A stretch of DNA of 62,011 bases, counting the filler, from Sphacelaria rigidula (taxonomy: Eukaryota), in assembly GCA_964200075.2 (NCBI GenBank). It is 4 parts of 4 records of this genome, joined end to end, with 100 filler letters (N's around TTAATTAATTAA, not from the genome) between each part and the next. Parts side by side here need not be neighbours in the genome. Positions count along the whole stretch, not along the records: positions 1 to 15,428 come from CAXNAA020001748.1; 3 more parts are not named here. One strand, written 5' to 3'. The position numbers were made by a program, and so were the translations under genes. Of this stretch, positions 1 through 12,015 are shown in pieces. A model generated the notes under the pieces. That model saw only the letters and a program-made list of their open reading frames with translations. It did not search any database and was not told the DNA's origin. The number at the start of each line of letters is the position of its first letter. Within the stretch, counting starts at the first letter, position 1.

Positions 1-1242
1 CACAACGAGAAGCTGGGAATTTCCACGCTTGGGTTCGTTCTAGCCAATGTCGCCAATATGAGGCGCTTCATGCATGGACGGTTTGGTATCTCGAAGCGTT
101 CTGACGCGCTCTGACGACCATAGCAAACCCTTTTCATGGCGCGCTTTCAATGGCAGTGATCAACATTTCGGTTTCAGGTGGAGTCTTCATAGGGATCGAA
201 ACATCGAAGAATATGGTTGTGCTTCAGGGCAACATGCCGATGACGACACCTTCACCTTTCGCATTGTGTTATCGACTGAATTTTCCTCCCAATATCGAGT
301 CCTGCCGAGATCCGAAAGTCAGTTGCCAAAATCAGTTTCGCGTGTGCTTGATGACGGCGATACTCCCCCGCCCCCTCCAGAAAAAAACTCCGTCTCGAAA
401 GGGATGCGTGGTCAATGGTCAAACGACTTGGGCAAGCAATGAGTTAGTACACCCCCCTCCTCCTCCCCCTGAAAAAAATAGTTGGTAGTTTCTGGCGTTG
501 ATCAACAGTCTGTTTGGACCTTTTCAAAATCAGTTGGGCTGTTCAGGAAATCATGTTCCCCGTAGGGGAACATAAGGGTGCGACGCAACCACTCACATCC
601 CCGCCACAGCTTTACTATTGTACTGCACAATAAGAAAACATGCTTGCGTTGTCACACACACCGGATTACGGCGCTTGAGGGAAACGTGTACACTGTATAT
701 ACTACAAACAACACATGTGTCACTGTTATTGATTGAATGGGCAGCGACCGTCCGACATTCTGGATCTGAGGTGACGTCCATTTCTGTCAGACGGGTGCCG
801 ATCAACACACCCACAAAAGATCAACGACCTCATCTTCATCTTGAGCAACTTCTTCGACGCGCACACGGCCGCCTCTCTTCCGATACAACGCGGATTGCCG
901 CGAAACAAACACAACGGTGTATAAATAAGCAAGAGCTAGCGCTCGACGGATGCGCATAGTGCTGTGTGTGCACGCGTTTGTTCGGGTTCGGTTGTGTTCT
1001 TGTATCGTGGTTCAGTCACATGTTTTAGTCATATGCCCGTTGGGGTTTCCAGACCTGTTGCCGACTACGTCTACTGCCGGAATAAACAGCGCTTTTCCCA
1101 TAAATCGCGTCTTGTGTTTCCCCGTAAGGACCCAAAGTGGTCGTTGTGGGGTAGATGAAGGATCTTGCTCGCCGTTTTTTAATTTTTTTTTCTCTCGGTA
1201 ATGAGATCGTTCCTTGTGGCAGATGGCAAAAAAAATCTGGAA

Positions 1243-1597
1243 AAGTGCCTCGCTGGAGCTTTTACGTTGTTTTACGCCGTAAAAGATAGCAAGGAGGATT
1301 TTGATACCTTGGAATGCCTTGCTGTACTCGTTGAGACGGTTCCAACACACTCATGAGTTTTTTTGGTGGCCGCAGTTTTTTTCCTGTCCAAACTGGTGTT
1401 TTTCTCCCGAAAAATGAGCGGTCTCCGAGAAAAATGCAAGTTTGGATACGAAAAAAAAAACGGCGGCCACCGGGAAAACGCGCAGGTGTGCTGGAACCGT
1501 CACAACGAGTACAGCAAGGCATTCATTCCAAGCTGTCGAAATCCGCCTAGCTCTCTGTTGGGGCATAAAACGACGTAGCAGCTCCACAAAGGCACTT
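1243..1597. mobile_element. Fold-back (palindromic) MITE-like element
   Basis: Arms are diverged reverse complements: ggaatgccttgctgtactcgttgagacggttccaacacac (~1311-1350) vs gtgtgctggaaccgtcacaacgagtacagcaaggcattc (~1486-1525); outer aagtgcctcgctggagct / agctccacaaaggcactt. Ends approximate. Confidence 0.7.
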
Positions 1598-1626
1598 CTT
1601 CACATTCGGATGTTTGTCTGCTTTAA

Positions 1627-2107
1627 GGCCGGATGTTACGGCACACAGATTTTTGGCCCATGGATTGTTCACTTTTGGGACATTTGAGCCACTTTTTGAC
1701 CCCCAAACAGGGAAAATCGCCGACACATGTCTTGGACACTTTGCATTCGCCACAGAGAGGAACCTAGCCCACTTTCGAAATTCGCTTGGCTCCAAGGTTT
1801 CGAGAGCGGCCGCTGAACAACAACCCGTGTGCAATAAAATCTACGGCGATCTCCACGGATTATTGGGCAAGCTCGTGGGGGTCGGCAAGCACATATTTTT
1901 GTACACGAATTATTTTTCAGCAGCCACTCTTGAAACCTCGGAGCCAAACGAATCTGAAAAGCAGACTAGGCTCCTCTCTGTGGGGTGATGCGAAGTGTCC
2001 AAGACGTGTGTTGGCGATGTACCCTGTTTGGTGGATGAAAAGTGGGTCAAACGTCCCAAAAGTGAACAATCCGTGGGCCAAAAATCTGTGTGCTATAACA
2101 TCCGGCC
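1627..2107. mobile_element. PIF/Harbinger (Tourist-like) MITE with long TIRs, copy 1
   Basis: Starts GGCCGGATGTTA and ends TAACATCCGGCC, with ~200-bp inverted arms. Flanked by TAA / TGA. A second copy lies at 26902-27362. Confidence 0.85.
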
Positions 2108-3849
2108 TGAGGAGCGGCCTAAAAGGGCGTGTCTTAGCACATTTTTTTCGATTAAAACAAAAGTGCGGAATTATTGATGGAGGGAATTCGTTCGTTTTTT
2201 GCAAAGTGGGTCCGAGCTAGTTTGCAGGCTTTCGATCGAAAAAAGACAGGGAAGGTCGTCAAGCGGTCACCACTGTTTGCGTGCAGTGTGTATGTATGTG
2301 TGTGTTGTGTTTATGTGTGTATGTTTCGTAGAGTAGGATGTGAGAGAGAAGCAGGCAACGTGCAGTGCAAGGAGCACAGGACCATTTGCACTCTCTGCTT
2401 ACAACGCGACGTAAAAAACACTTGAACAACGTCCAGCACAGTCCATGAGCGTGCACGCAAGTCAGTTGCCTACCCCACTATGCAGTTCCATCGCCGATCC
2501 CTCCCATGAGAGATGATATTCAAGTTTTCGACAACAAAAAATAAACACCATCATGCTCAACTACTTTCGTGTATCTACCCCTGTGCTCAACTCGTGCTCC
2601 ATGCTGCAGGGTTGCGGTGGTAGCTGAGAATGAGTTGGATTGAGTTTGCATGGTCCTGTGAACGGATGGTGTTTGGCGTGGCGGTCTGCAAGATAGAAGT
2701 CAAGTGCTCGTGCATACCTTTCCTCTGAATGTTTTCGATGAGAAAAAGCTTCGCTTTTTTATATTTTACTTTTCCTCCGCGCGCCGCTGCTTATAAAAAT
2801 AGTTGAAGTCAACTGGGAACAGAAGTTACGTGGACCTAGCAAGTCGATATATTTATTTTCAACCGCACTTTTCCGATCAGAAAAAAATGTGCCGAGACAC
2901 GCCGACACGCCCCAAGACACGGTCTCACCATTTCGACCACCTATTTATTGAATCGACACAATTTCCGCCGCTCTTTACGTTGAGCTTCGTCTTCACCCTG
3001 CTTCGCTTCTGTGGCTTCGGCGAGTATGGCCTGATCATAGAGTGTCCCTCTCCAACAAATGAACGATTAGGCTACGTGATTCTACCAACGTCGCGCAAAA
3101 CTGCGATGTACAACAGCACAGCAGCGGAAAACGCGACTAAGAAACGGTGAATAACACCCTGGTGTCAACCTCGATTTTCTCCAAACCAAGCACTCCATAC
3201 CTTCGTGAGACTTTCTGTTTCCATACATATCAATGGAATTTTTTTCATCACAATGTTTTCGTGTAAGTGCTTGCAGCATCTGTGTCACAAAATCCAAAGC
3301 TGTGGAAATAATGTGTCAGGGAGTGTCGCGAGGGGGTGGTATCTCACATATCAAGTGCACCAGCGCCGTAAAACTAGAACTGCAAAACGACGCGTTCACC
3401 GATAACAGTCAGGCACACACACACCACACCCGAATTTACACAAGAACCCACCGGATTTCCAATAATGGCTCTTTTCACCCCAAGTCCACGACCACTGCTA
3501 CTCCGCATCAACCGATCAATCCCATCAGCAGATCGGTTACTCCGGGCGCGGTCAGCAATATCACGATCTGTGGGGCAGCAGATGCTGCTCACATTGTGCT
3601 GCCATCGTGGTGGCGGAGTCTCCGTACAGCTAAGGCAAAGCCTCCTCCCTCCATAAGGAGAGGGTAGACGACCACGGACTCGACCGGATATTTTTGTTAT
3701 GGTCCGAGGAAGCATAGCGCTGTGCGCTCACGGTTTTGTCTCACTGTCTTCTTTTCACTGCACCCAGCCCGGGCAGTACGGGGCCACCTAACCCAAATAT
3801 TGCCTTTTCAGACCCCGAGGCCGAAATGTTTTAGGGTATCGCTACGATA

Positions 3850-4705
3850 CTCTACTGTTGTTGTAGTCACTGTCGCCGAGTGCAACGGCAGCACGAGTGA
3901 CCTGAACTTCGTTTCCCGCGGCAAAACGCCCCCAAACGGAAAACAAGAAAGTATCGCGCACACCAATCGCCTTTTCTTTTTCGCCAAGCAATCACGTCTT
4001 CTCTCGCCAAACGATTGTGTATCCATCCGCCATCGATCGTGTACAGCATGTGGCCGACAGCATGTAACGCCTTGCTATATTAGGCTATCGATCGCTGTAG
4101 TCACGTCCTCTCCTTAGCTAGCGCCGATGCCATCAACCAGCTGTTGTCACGTACTGTTACCGAGTGCAATAGCAGCATGTCAGCGATTTCTCAACAAGCT
4201 GTTGTCAAGCGCTGTTATCGAGTGCAAAAACAGCAGCACACGAGCGATACTGCATGCATGTAATTTTCGTTTATTCCGGCGATGACAATAATTCAAAACG
4301 GGAAAAGATCGCGCGCACATACTGTCGTATCTGTACTTTTCGTTTCTCCCGACGCAAAAAATTCCGAAACAGAAAAAGTACCGCTCGCAACCATCACTTC
4401 TTTTCCCTCGCCCAGCGATCGCTTTTTTTTCGCCCAGGGATTGGGCATACCCACGCACCCTCGATCGTGTACAGCATGCTGCCGACTGAAGCAATACCTT
4501 GCTAGGCCATCGCTCGCTGTATTCACGTCCTCTGTCGAGCTCTTCTCCGTTTCCCAACAACTATTATTGCCCAGCGCGGTTGCCGAGTGCAAGAGCAGCA
4601 CGCGAGCGATGAGTACTTTTCGTTTCCCCCGACGCGAGAAATTCGAAACAGAAAAAAAAAGTATCTCGCGCACCCATCACTTCTTTTCTCTCGCCCAGCG
4701 ATCTA
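3850..4705. repeat. Diverged tandem repeat array (3-4 units)
   Basis: Recurrent motifs ccgagtgcaa..gcagcac, cttttcgttt, atcgcgcac, ctcgcccagcgatc and gatcgtgtacagcatg occur at ~3875, 4160, 4220, 4340 and 4585. Confidence 0.65.
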
Positions 4706-6169
4706 GGTGGTGAAATCCCGTAATAATGTGGTATCGTAGGTATAGGTACTCGAGGCACATGGCACGGAACATGATGCCATAAATGTAATCATGGTAAGTG
4801 ATTAGCTTGGGGGGGCGACGTGTCCGCCATCTCATCGGTCTCCATGCCGAAGATCTCTGTACACGGCAGCTGACCGCATCCGCCAACGCCTTGGCAATAA
4901 AATAGGGGACAACAGGCTGGGTGCCCCCCCCTCAAAAATTCAAATATTGAAACGTTCGATCTTGGGGCCTACGTGTCCCGAAATCTTTTGTCGACAGACC
5001 CTTGTCTACACCAAGGGGTTATGACAACATTGCTATGTTGGCATAGTCCTTCGGTCTACAGTGAGGTGTATCGGCGGGTTATCGGTGACGACGCAGCCAT
5101 TCTCAGGTCGAGTCATTACGAAATCATCGACGTTGTTCTGACGGCTATTTGAGAAAACATCCCGAGGGACAAAAGGGTGGTACTTCAGTTTCTCGAGAGG
5201 TCGATTTGATCGTCCGTATTTTGAGAAAACGCTTGATGACGTAAACGCAAGAGTATCGTTGAATGCCAGTGCGGACGTCGGCATTTATCGCCACAGCACT
5301 GCGGCGAAATATCATGTGCAACCTGATAGAAACAATCGTGTACTGCAGCTGCAAGTCCTACTGTATGCCCCTGCCATCCACCTCCTCCGCAGCCGCGGGA
5401 AGTCTCCCATCGGCACGTGTGACGTTCGTCGGACGGGCATAGAGTTCGAGAAGATGGCGCCACATTGCAACTATACCTTAGGACACCTCTTCGAAGTGGT
5501 GAGGATGCCGCCGAAAAGAGATGCACGGGGGGTTAGACAGCCAGGACATTGGCCGGCAACCGGCGCGACAGCATCAAATTTTCCGGCTGGCCTCATGTGA
5601 TACTGTTGCCCCAAAGGGTAAGGTTGGTAACATTCCGTCTGGATCCAGTCCAGGCACTGTACAACCTAAGGGCATGGTAGGCAACACCCCGGCTGGCCGA
5701 AGATCAAGTAGTGTGCAACCCTAGGATACTGCAGACCATCTGCTGCCCCTAGTGCAGATACTGCACAACCGGTAGCGCGGCCGCCAGGCTGGGATGCCAG
5801 CTGACCTGGAAGAGAGGGCGCAGGCTGGAGGAAGTCTGAGTGGAGGAGAAGTAACACAGGGTATGCATCGAGCACAGTGAAATGAGCGGGAGGTGGCACA
5901 AGAACCTGGGCAAGAGCAAAAGGAGACAAAGAACGGCGAATGTTCGTTTGCGGGTGGCGGTATACGTTTGCATCTTACATGCCGAGGGTGCACACTTGTT
6001 AGTCGTTACAAGGGCTGCCAAGCATTGTAGCGTGCTGGATGGGGCATACACGGTACTTCTCATGAAAGCAGCAGATATCCTCGTGGAGGTTACATGGCCA
6101 GTCACCCTGAGCACCAACACCCGAGATGACAGGTTACCACACCGAAAGTATAATCACGCCTAAGCACAG

Positions 6170-6510
6170 ACGAATCCTACTATTTCTCCCGTGGTCCACC
6201 CGACGATGGTTTGTTTTTCTCTCACAGTTAACCCTGCGCTTTCCTCGGGATGAGTCTGTGGTATCAAGGGATTGACCCATCTCTCCCCGGTACGCGCCAC
6301 GCATTTCGGTCTCGCGGATTGGATCAGCACTCCCTCACTGCGTAGAGTCGTCATAAAAATTCAGTCAACTTCTTCTGCTATTCACGTCCTCACGCTTTTA
6401 ACGACGAAAATTAGATGCTGAAGAGCAAACCCAACGTATCTGGCAGGAATTGAACCCGCGTTCTCTCCACCCTAATTGCGTCATTCGTACCATTTCACCA
6501 CCGCGGCGCG
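6170..6510 (-). mobile_element. tRNA-derived SINE (second family)
   Basis: Minus-strand head cgccgcggTGGTGAAATGGtacg...gcgGGTTCAATTCCtgcc carries Pol III A and B boxes. The body segment ggggagagatgggtc.atcc.ttga.accac recurs at ~9000-9052. Confidence 0.6.
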
Positions 6511-6919
6511 GTGGTTACGAACGTACAAATGGCAAAACAACCGCCCACGGCCGGCCATAGCGATTGGCGCGTGCGACACGGCCGTGAACAGCTATACGAC
6601 ACGATGTCACCGGTTGTTGCCGGATGCGTATGTGCAACAAACGCCAACCATGTGGCATCAGCTGAATAATCTACCCGTCCGCCAGGTGTCAAACGTCGAC
6701 GACGTCGAACTTCAGGACCGCGATCGTGGTTAAGGAGCAAGCGGTCCAAACACCCGACACATGCATGATGGCTATCGTTGAGAGGTCGACATAGAGGTCT
6801 GTATCCGCCTACTCTTCCGCTCCGCCTCCGATTCATCTCCCTTCCCTGTATCGCCACCTAAACAATCGTCAGGGATACTATCATCACCGACAATACCATC
6901 AAAGCTGTCTCGAACGGTG

Positions 6920-8311
6920 TCAAAGGGCGCCTGCTGCACGCCAGCTTTCTCGGTGTGAAGACACTCCGATGGCGGTTGAATAAAGGACGATGACGTCGAC
7001 GACGAGCCCTGGAATATCGTAGGTGGGTGTGCGAAACAGTTCATTTTTTAAAATAGTCATGAGTAAATGCGTGATTGCTGCGAATAAACGCGTGAAACAA
7101 GGAATGGGAAGGACTTGATATTTCATCAGGATCAACAAGAACAGAAGATAGCACAATTGTGTGTCATATTTTCTTCTCTCAGGGGAGGGAAAGATAGGCT
7201 TGCGAATAGACATTGGCTCACCGCACAGTGATCTCGCCCAACACTTTGTCTTTGACTCGGAGGTATTCCGCGCAGTGGGTACTACGGTGTACCAAAGGGA
7301 CGGGGACAGCAACATGCGGAAGATCAAACAGCCCAGGAGGAATGAGCAGTGCTGACTGCCTCCGCGGATTGTGCCGCTCCAATGGACCCCGAACCCAAAC
7401 ATAGAGGAAGGGTGAATGTAGCTTCTTGAGGTAATATCAAGACGCGGGCACGGTAGATTCTTGACCTCCACCGCGAGTTGTCGTCGGCATCAAAGATGAC
7501 GGCATGTCTGCGTCGGCACAATCGGCACACGCGTTTTCTGGGCTTCACTCCGAGACCATGCGAGGGTTTTGAATCGCTATTCCCACGCGATCCTATCGAT
7601 TCGATGATGCGCGCGCCTTGGCTCGCTCCTGCTGTCTTGCACATGTTATAACTTGAAGCGAACCCGAACCAGTAGTCCCCGCATTACTACTGTCATGCAT
7701 CCACGGGGGTAGCGTTCAAGTATACCTCTCGACAGGCAATGTCTTCCACTATGTACACCTACACCCCCCTCCCCCATCGTGGGATTTCATCTTTCGAATT
7801 ATGGCGTCTCGATACCCACCTTTTCCTGGGTTTCTGGTTCATTAGCCTCCTCTCCGGACCTTGTCAGGCCTTGGTCCTGATCGTACGGTGTTGATTCCGC
7901 GATCCGTTCTACATATTCTTCCTGGCTGCGCCGAAAAACGACCATCGGTTTGCCACGACGCAAGTGTACGGTAGGCGAATTGCAACCTAAGCTTGGGACA
8001 GTTACCGGCAACGACAGGCTGGGCAAAGTATTGCTGGGCAGTGTCTACGAGCGGGTGTATCAATACCGAGAAGGCCGCTCACTCTTCGCGTGGGGTGGTA
8101 AGTAAGACAAAACCGGTCTCCGGCGACTACTAGATCCCAAATCGATATTGTTGCTCCGATTGCACGGAAAGAGGAGTGAGATACTTCGCGTGTTTTCCTT
8201 CAGTGATTTGATATTACATACGCTACGCAAGTGCCACCAGATCCACCTCCCCGTAGGTACAGGGTGCCCATGGCGGCTCAGAGTGCGTCTGTGAGATTTA
8301 CCCGCCATCAA
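6920..8311 (-). pseudogene. Degenerate Ty1/Copia pol remnant (integrase then RT)
   Basis: Broken minus ORFs occur in Copia order: GKSHR...SLKENTRSISLLF...AKSE (integrase N-part), DTAQQYF...LQFAYRT...QTDGRFSAQPGR (like D.G.EY...PQQNG.SER), then RT-like ARSLCGEP...LLFLLILMKYQVLPI. Recognised by motif resemblance only. Confidence 0.45.
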
Positions 8312-8656
8312 ATTGTGACCTCGTGTCTCTCCTGTCTTCCAGTAGAAGCTAGCGGATGAACACTAGGCTGAACATACTGCAAACACATCATTGAGTACCT
8401 TCGGCGTCGCGATCTGAATAGATGGCATCGGGAAAGTAAAGCGTACCAAAACAATCAAACTTCCGTCCGAAAAAAAATCGCAGTTCCCCGCTTTCATCTA
8501 GTATTCTCGTGGAGACGCAACAGATCCTCACTCGAAACTCCTTGTTCCTTGACTGAAGCCGTGCCGAGCCACCGCGGGTCGATCTCTGAACCGAACCCAA
8601 CCCCGGCTGCATATACTCGAAGACAAACGCTCGAAGATCACTCGCAGAACTTCAAA

Positions 8657-10777
8657 TTATTTATACCTGAGCTTTTGATGTACGAATACGGTCGCCGGCC
8701 CCCAAGACATGTTGTACCGCCGCTTGAGCAACACCCTTAGCCACGCCGTCTTGAGTGCTGTGGTGAAGGTTACCACCCGCGCCCCGGTCCGCAACGCTTC
8801 AGCCTTGACCGATATGGCCAACAGGGTATCCTCGGCGAAGCACGTGGAGTTAGTGAACACTAGATCACCGTCTGTCCAATCCAACTCCGGCGCTAGAAAA
8901 GATCCCTGTTTTGTTTTTTGCACACGTTCCAAAACTTTTGTGAGCCGGTTTTCGCAAGGTGCGATTTTTTCTCCATTTCTCGTCAAACTTTCAACCCCCA
9001 CCCTTCGTCGGGACTCATCCGTGGTCTCAACGGATGGACCCATCTCTCCCCCGTTGCTATACCATAGTCAACCGAACGGGATACGGTATACGTGACGGGT
9101 AGGGGAAGAAGCGGTGGAAAAGCAGGTGTTGAATGTGCCCATATGTTTTCGACACGGAAACGAGGGAAACACACGCACGAACGACACAAGAGTCGCCGGG
9201 TCGTGCGACTTTGCGCCATGATGCAACAAAAAACAGTAAGTGCACGTCAGGAGCGCCCCCGCCCAGCACTGCGACGGGCTGCTGGCCTCTGACTAATGCA
9301 AGGCTCTCACCGTGTAGGTGGTCCGAACAAAATCGAATACCTCAAAATTTCAAATGTAATCTACCCTGAACTCACTACCCCCTGTGTTTACCGTAACCGG
9401 CCTTACGTTCTTACACGACGGCGCATGTCCTCACGTGGTACAGCTTGATGAGGGCGGGGCTCGAAAGCACCGGTTCCACAAGTCGACGATATCGCCGTAG
9501 CACTCGTCTCGAGGCTTCGTGCACCCCCTCCAGTACCTCGATGCCTACCGCACACCTTCAAACGGGGACGCGTCTTTCGGTTGGTCAGAGACCAGATCGC
9601 AGCTTCTCGTGTCGTTGACCCAACACCTTCCTTCTCGTTAGAGTTCTCGGGATGAGCTATCTCTATCAGATATTTCTGATCAAGATGTGCACATGAATTT
9701 ATCTAGAGAGGTCGATAGCTACTGGACGCATGGGTACGGTTGGGTGTTTGATGGAACAGTACGGCCGATGCTCTAGGTAGGCTCGCTGTATGGCGCAACC
9801 TTCCCGCGCATATCCCGTCGACCACCAATTTCGTCTCGGAATATCAGCGGCTGACCGTCCAGAGGCTTCCATGGGGGCGGGCGGGTTCTTTTTCTGCGCG
9901 GGGTATGCAGGTTCCCAGATCGTCGGAGAACTTCCCAGATGAGCCCTGACTCTTTCCAAGAATTTTTTAGGCTGGGTCACAGGCCTAGAGGACACGAAGT
10001 CGCCGTTTTGATAGTTTTCATTGGTCCGATTATTCGCTATGTTCCTCTACAACATCGTCCAATATCGCCCGGTTGGCGGATACGTGGGGTTTGACACTTT
10101 CTGCGATGACCACCCAACCATTGAAGCGTACCCAAAAAGAAAGTATTTGTGTTTACTCTTTTGCGCACAGCCTCTGAGACCTTCCTATCCCCGCTTGTGA
10201 TGTCGAGCTAGCTGTGCAATGTTAATTTTGTCAAACACTAGGTAAAGGGAGAAACAACGTACACTGTGTGTAGTCGGGAGCGATGACACATTCATTATCT
10301 TGTACCGTTTATATCTTTTTTCATCCACTTGGTTGCTCACCGAAAGTCAACCGCAAGCACCGCGGCAAACACTGCCTTGCCGGATCCACTACCCAGATCA
10401 TAGAACTTGAGCCCTTTATCTCTGCGCAAGCGGGCCGTCGTTACTGCCGCGACTGTGGCGTTCGTTTCGGTTTGTGGCTCCGCTGACCCTTTCCTCAAGC
10501 AACCGCCTTCCAAATCGCTTTCGCAGTCAGTGATTCCTTCAACTCTCGCCCGGTTTTCCACACTGGTCCTTGCAGTCCGTACCGCTCTGCTGTCCTCCCA
10601 CCCGTTCCCTGTCTCGCTTCCCTCCGCTTGCATCTTAGTGCCCATGGTCGACGCCTCCGACCCCGAGTTTTTCGTGCCCCGCACGCTCTCCCCACTGCCG
10701 TCGATCCCCATGCCCTTGACGGCGGTCTTTATCACGTCGTAGAATGACCAAAAGTCTATCTCGCCGTAGACTAACGA
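8657..10777 (-). CDS. DOT1-like (H3K79-type) SAM-dependent methyltransferase, catalytic exons
   Basis: Exons 10777-10341, 9555-9435 and 8905-8667/8657 join in frame via GT-AG introns. The product reads SLVYGEIDF...KFYDLGSGSGKAVFAAVLAVDFR|CAVGIEVLEGVHEAS...LYH|GSFLAPELDWTDGDLVFTNSTCF...GARVVTF...YNMSWGPATVFVHQK, which has the YGE, DLGSG, GIE, F-N-F and SW motifs of the DOT1 family. Confidence 0.85.
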
Positions 10778-12015
10778 CTGAGGTGGTCGCGCGCGCGGGG
10801 GGGGGATTAATTGTGTCATATTCGAAGAGCACGAGAGGAGGAAAAGTAAGTACGGCAACGAATCGAGAAGGAGCGAGGTGGACACTGACACGCAGTGGAG
10901 AGAGACAGAAACAAACAAAACGAAATATTTCCCCAATGATGACACTTGGGAGCAACGGTGTGCCTGCGACGATAGCATCTAGTGTCGGCCAAGTCTTGTG
11001 GAAAAGCTGTCGTGTGAGCGTATTTGGGCTGTCAGACCTACTGTCCGGACGTAGAAAAGGCGCGAAAGCTGCACCATGGAATACACCAATGCTGGGATGA
11101 TCCCCCACAAGATACGAGAACCCGTTCCTGCTCACTACCGACCCAGCTCCGTTCTCCTGAGGAAGCTTGCTCAAAGGTCTATACAACAGTTGAGGTACGG
11201 ATGTATGAGAGCGCGCCTTGGGTTGGTTTTCAAGAATTGACAATCACGTCGAGCCTTCGTTTTCAGGGCTCTTGATAGCCTAAGGTGGCATATCGCCACG
11301 AAACGACCCGCTATCAGTGGAAACCCTCATCACGTCCCTGATTTTTCTCGATAGCTGCCGTTTAACTCGAAGGTCAACCCATCAGTAATGTGAGCTACTC
11401 ACGGTAGACCCGTCTGGTCGAAGGCTCGTCGTCGGTGGCTAATGACACATGTAAAAAAAATCAAGAGATACCAACGCATGTCGCAAATGCGTGCCACTCA
11501 TCTGATGCTACTTCTCAAGCGCATGCAGAGATGGTGTAGTAGCGCTTTCGTCTATGTAAGGGATCACTCCGGGCGCAGCGTATTTGTAGAGTAGGACCTA
11601 AACATCGAAAGCCCAGGTCATTTTAACTCGAGACTATATGTGATGCTACTGTTTGTAATGAACACTAGCCCCTTTACAGTAAGATTGCTCATACCCGACG
11701 ACTGATGGACACAGCTGATTGTCGACATCGATCACCCCACCCAACTCTACGGTTTCACTGTCGTAGGTAGCAGCCCCGTGCGTTGAGGCAGCAGCAGCAG
11801 CAGCAGCAGCAGCTATGGCACTTTTGTTCACAGGCTACTGTCCCTTCTACTAGTATCATTCGATGCTCTTGTTGAAGTCGCAGCACAGTGGAATCGTTAG
11901 CATGGAGGCGTTGTTGGATGGGTGTCGCATTGATTGTGCGCCGAGAGTTGCCAAAGGGGAAGTACTTGCCAGTCCTGGCGTCGCAATAGACTGCTGAGGA
12001 CACTACACGTAACAC

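Noticed and set aside
5900..6100. Gag zinc-knuckle remnant
   Set aside because: The Cys/His spacing cannot be recovered without several assumed frameshifts.
8990..9050. Hammerhead-like ggatgagtcccgacgaa on the minus strand
   Set aside because: The core lacks CUGA and GAAA, and the motif is not conserved in the related copy at ~6230-6290.
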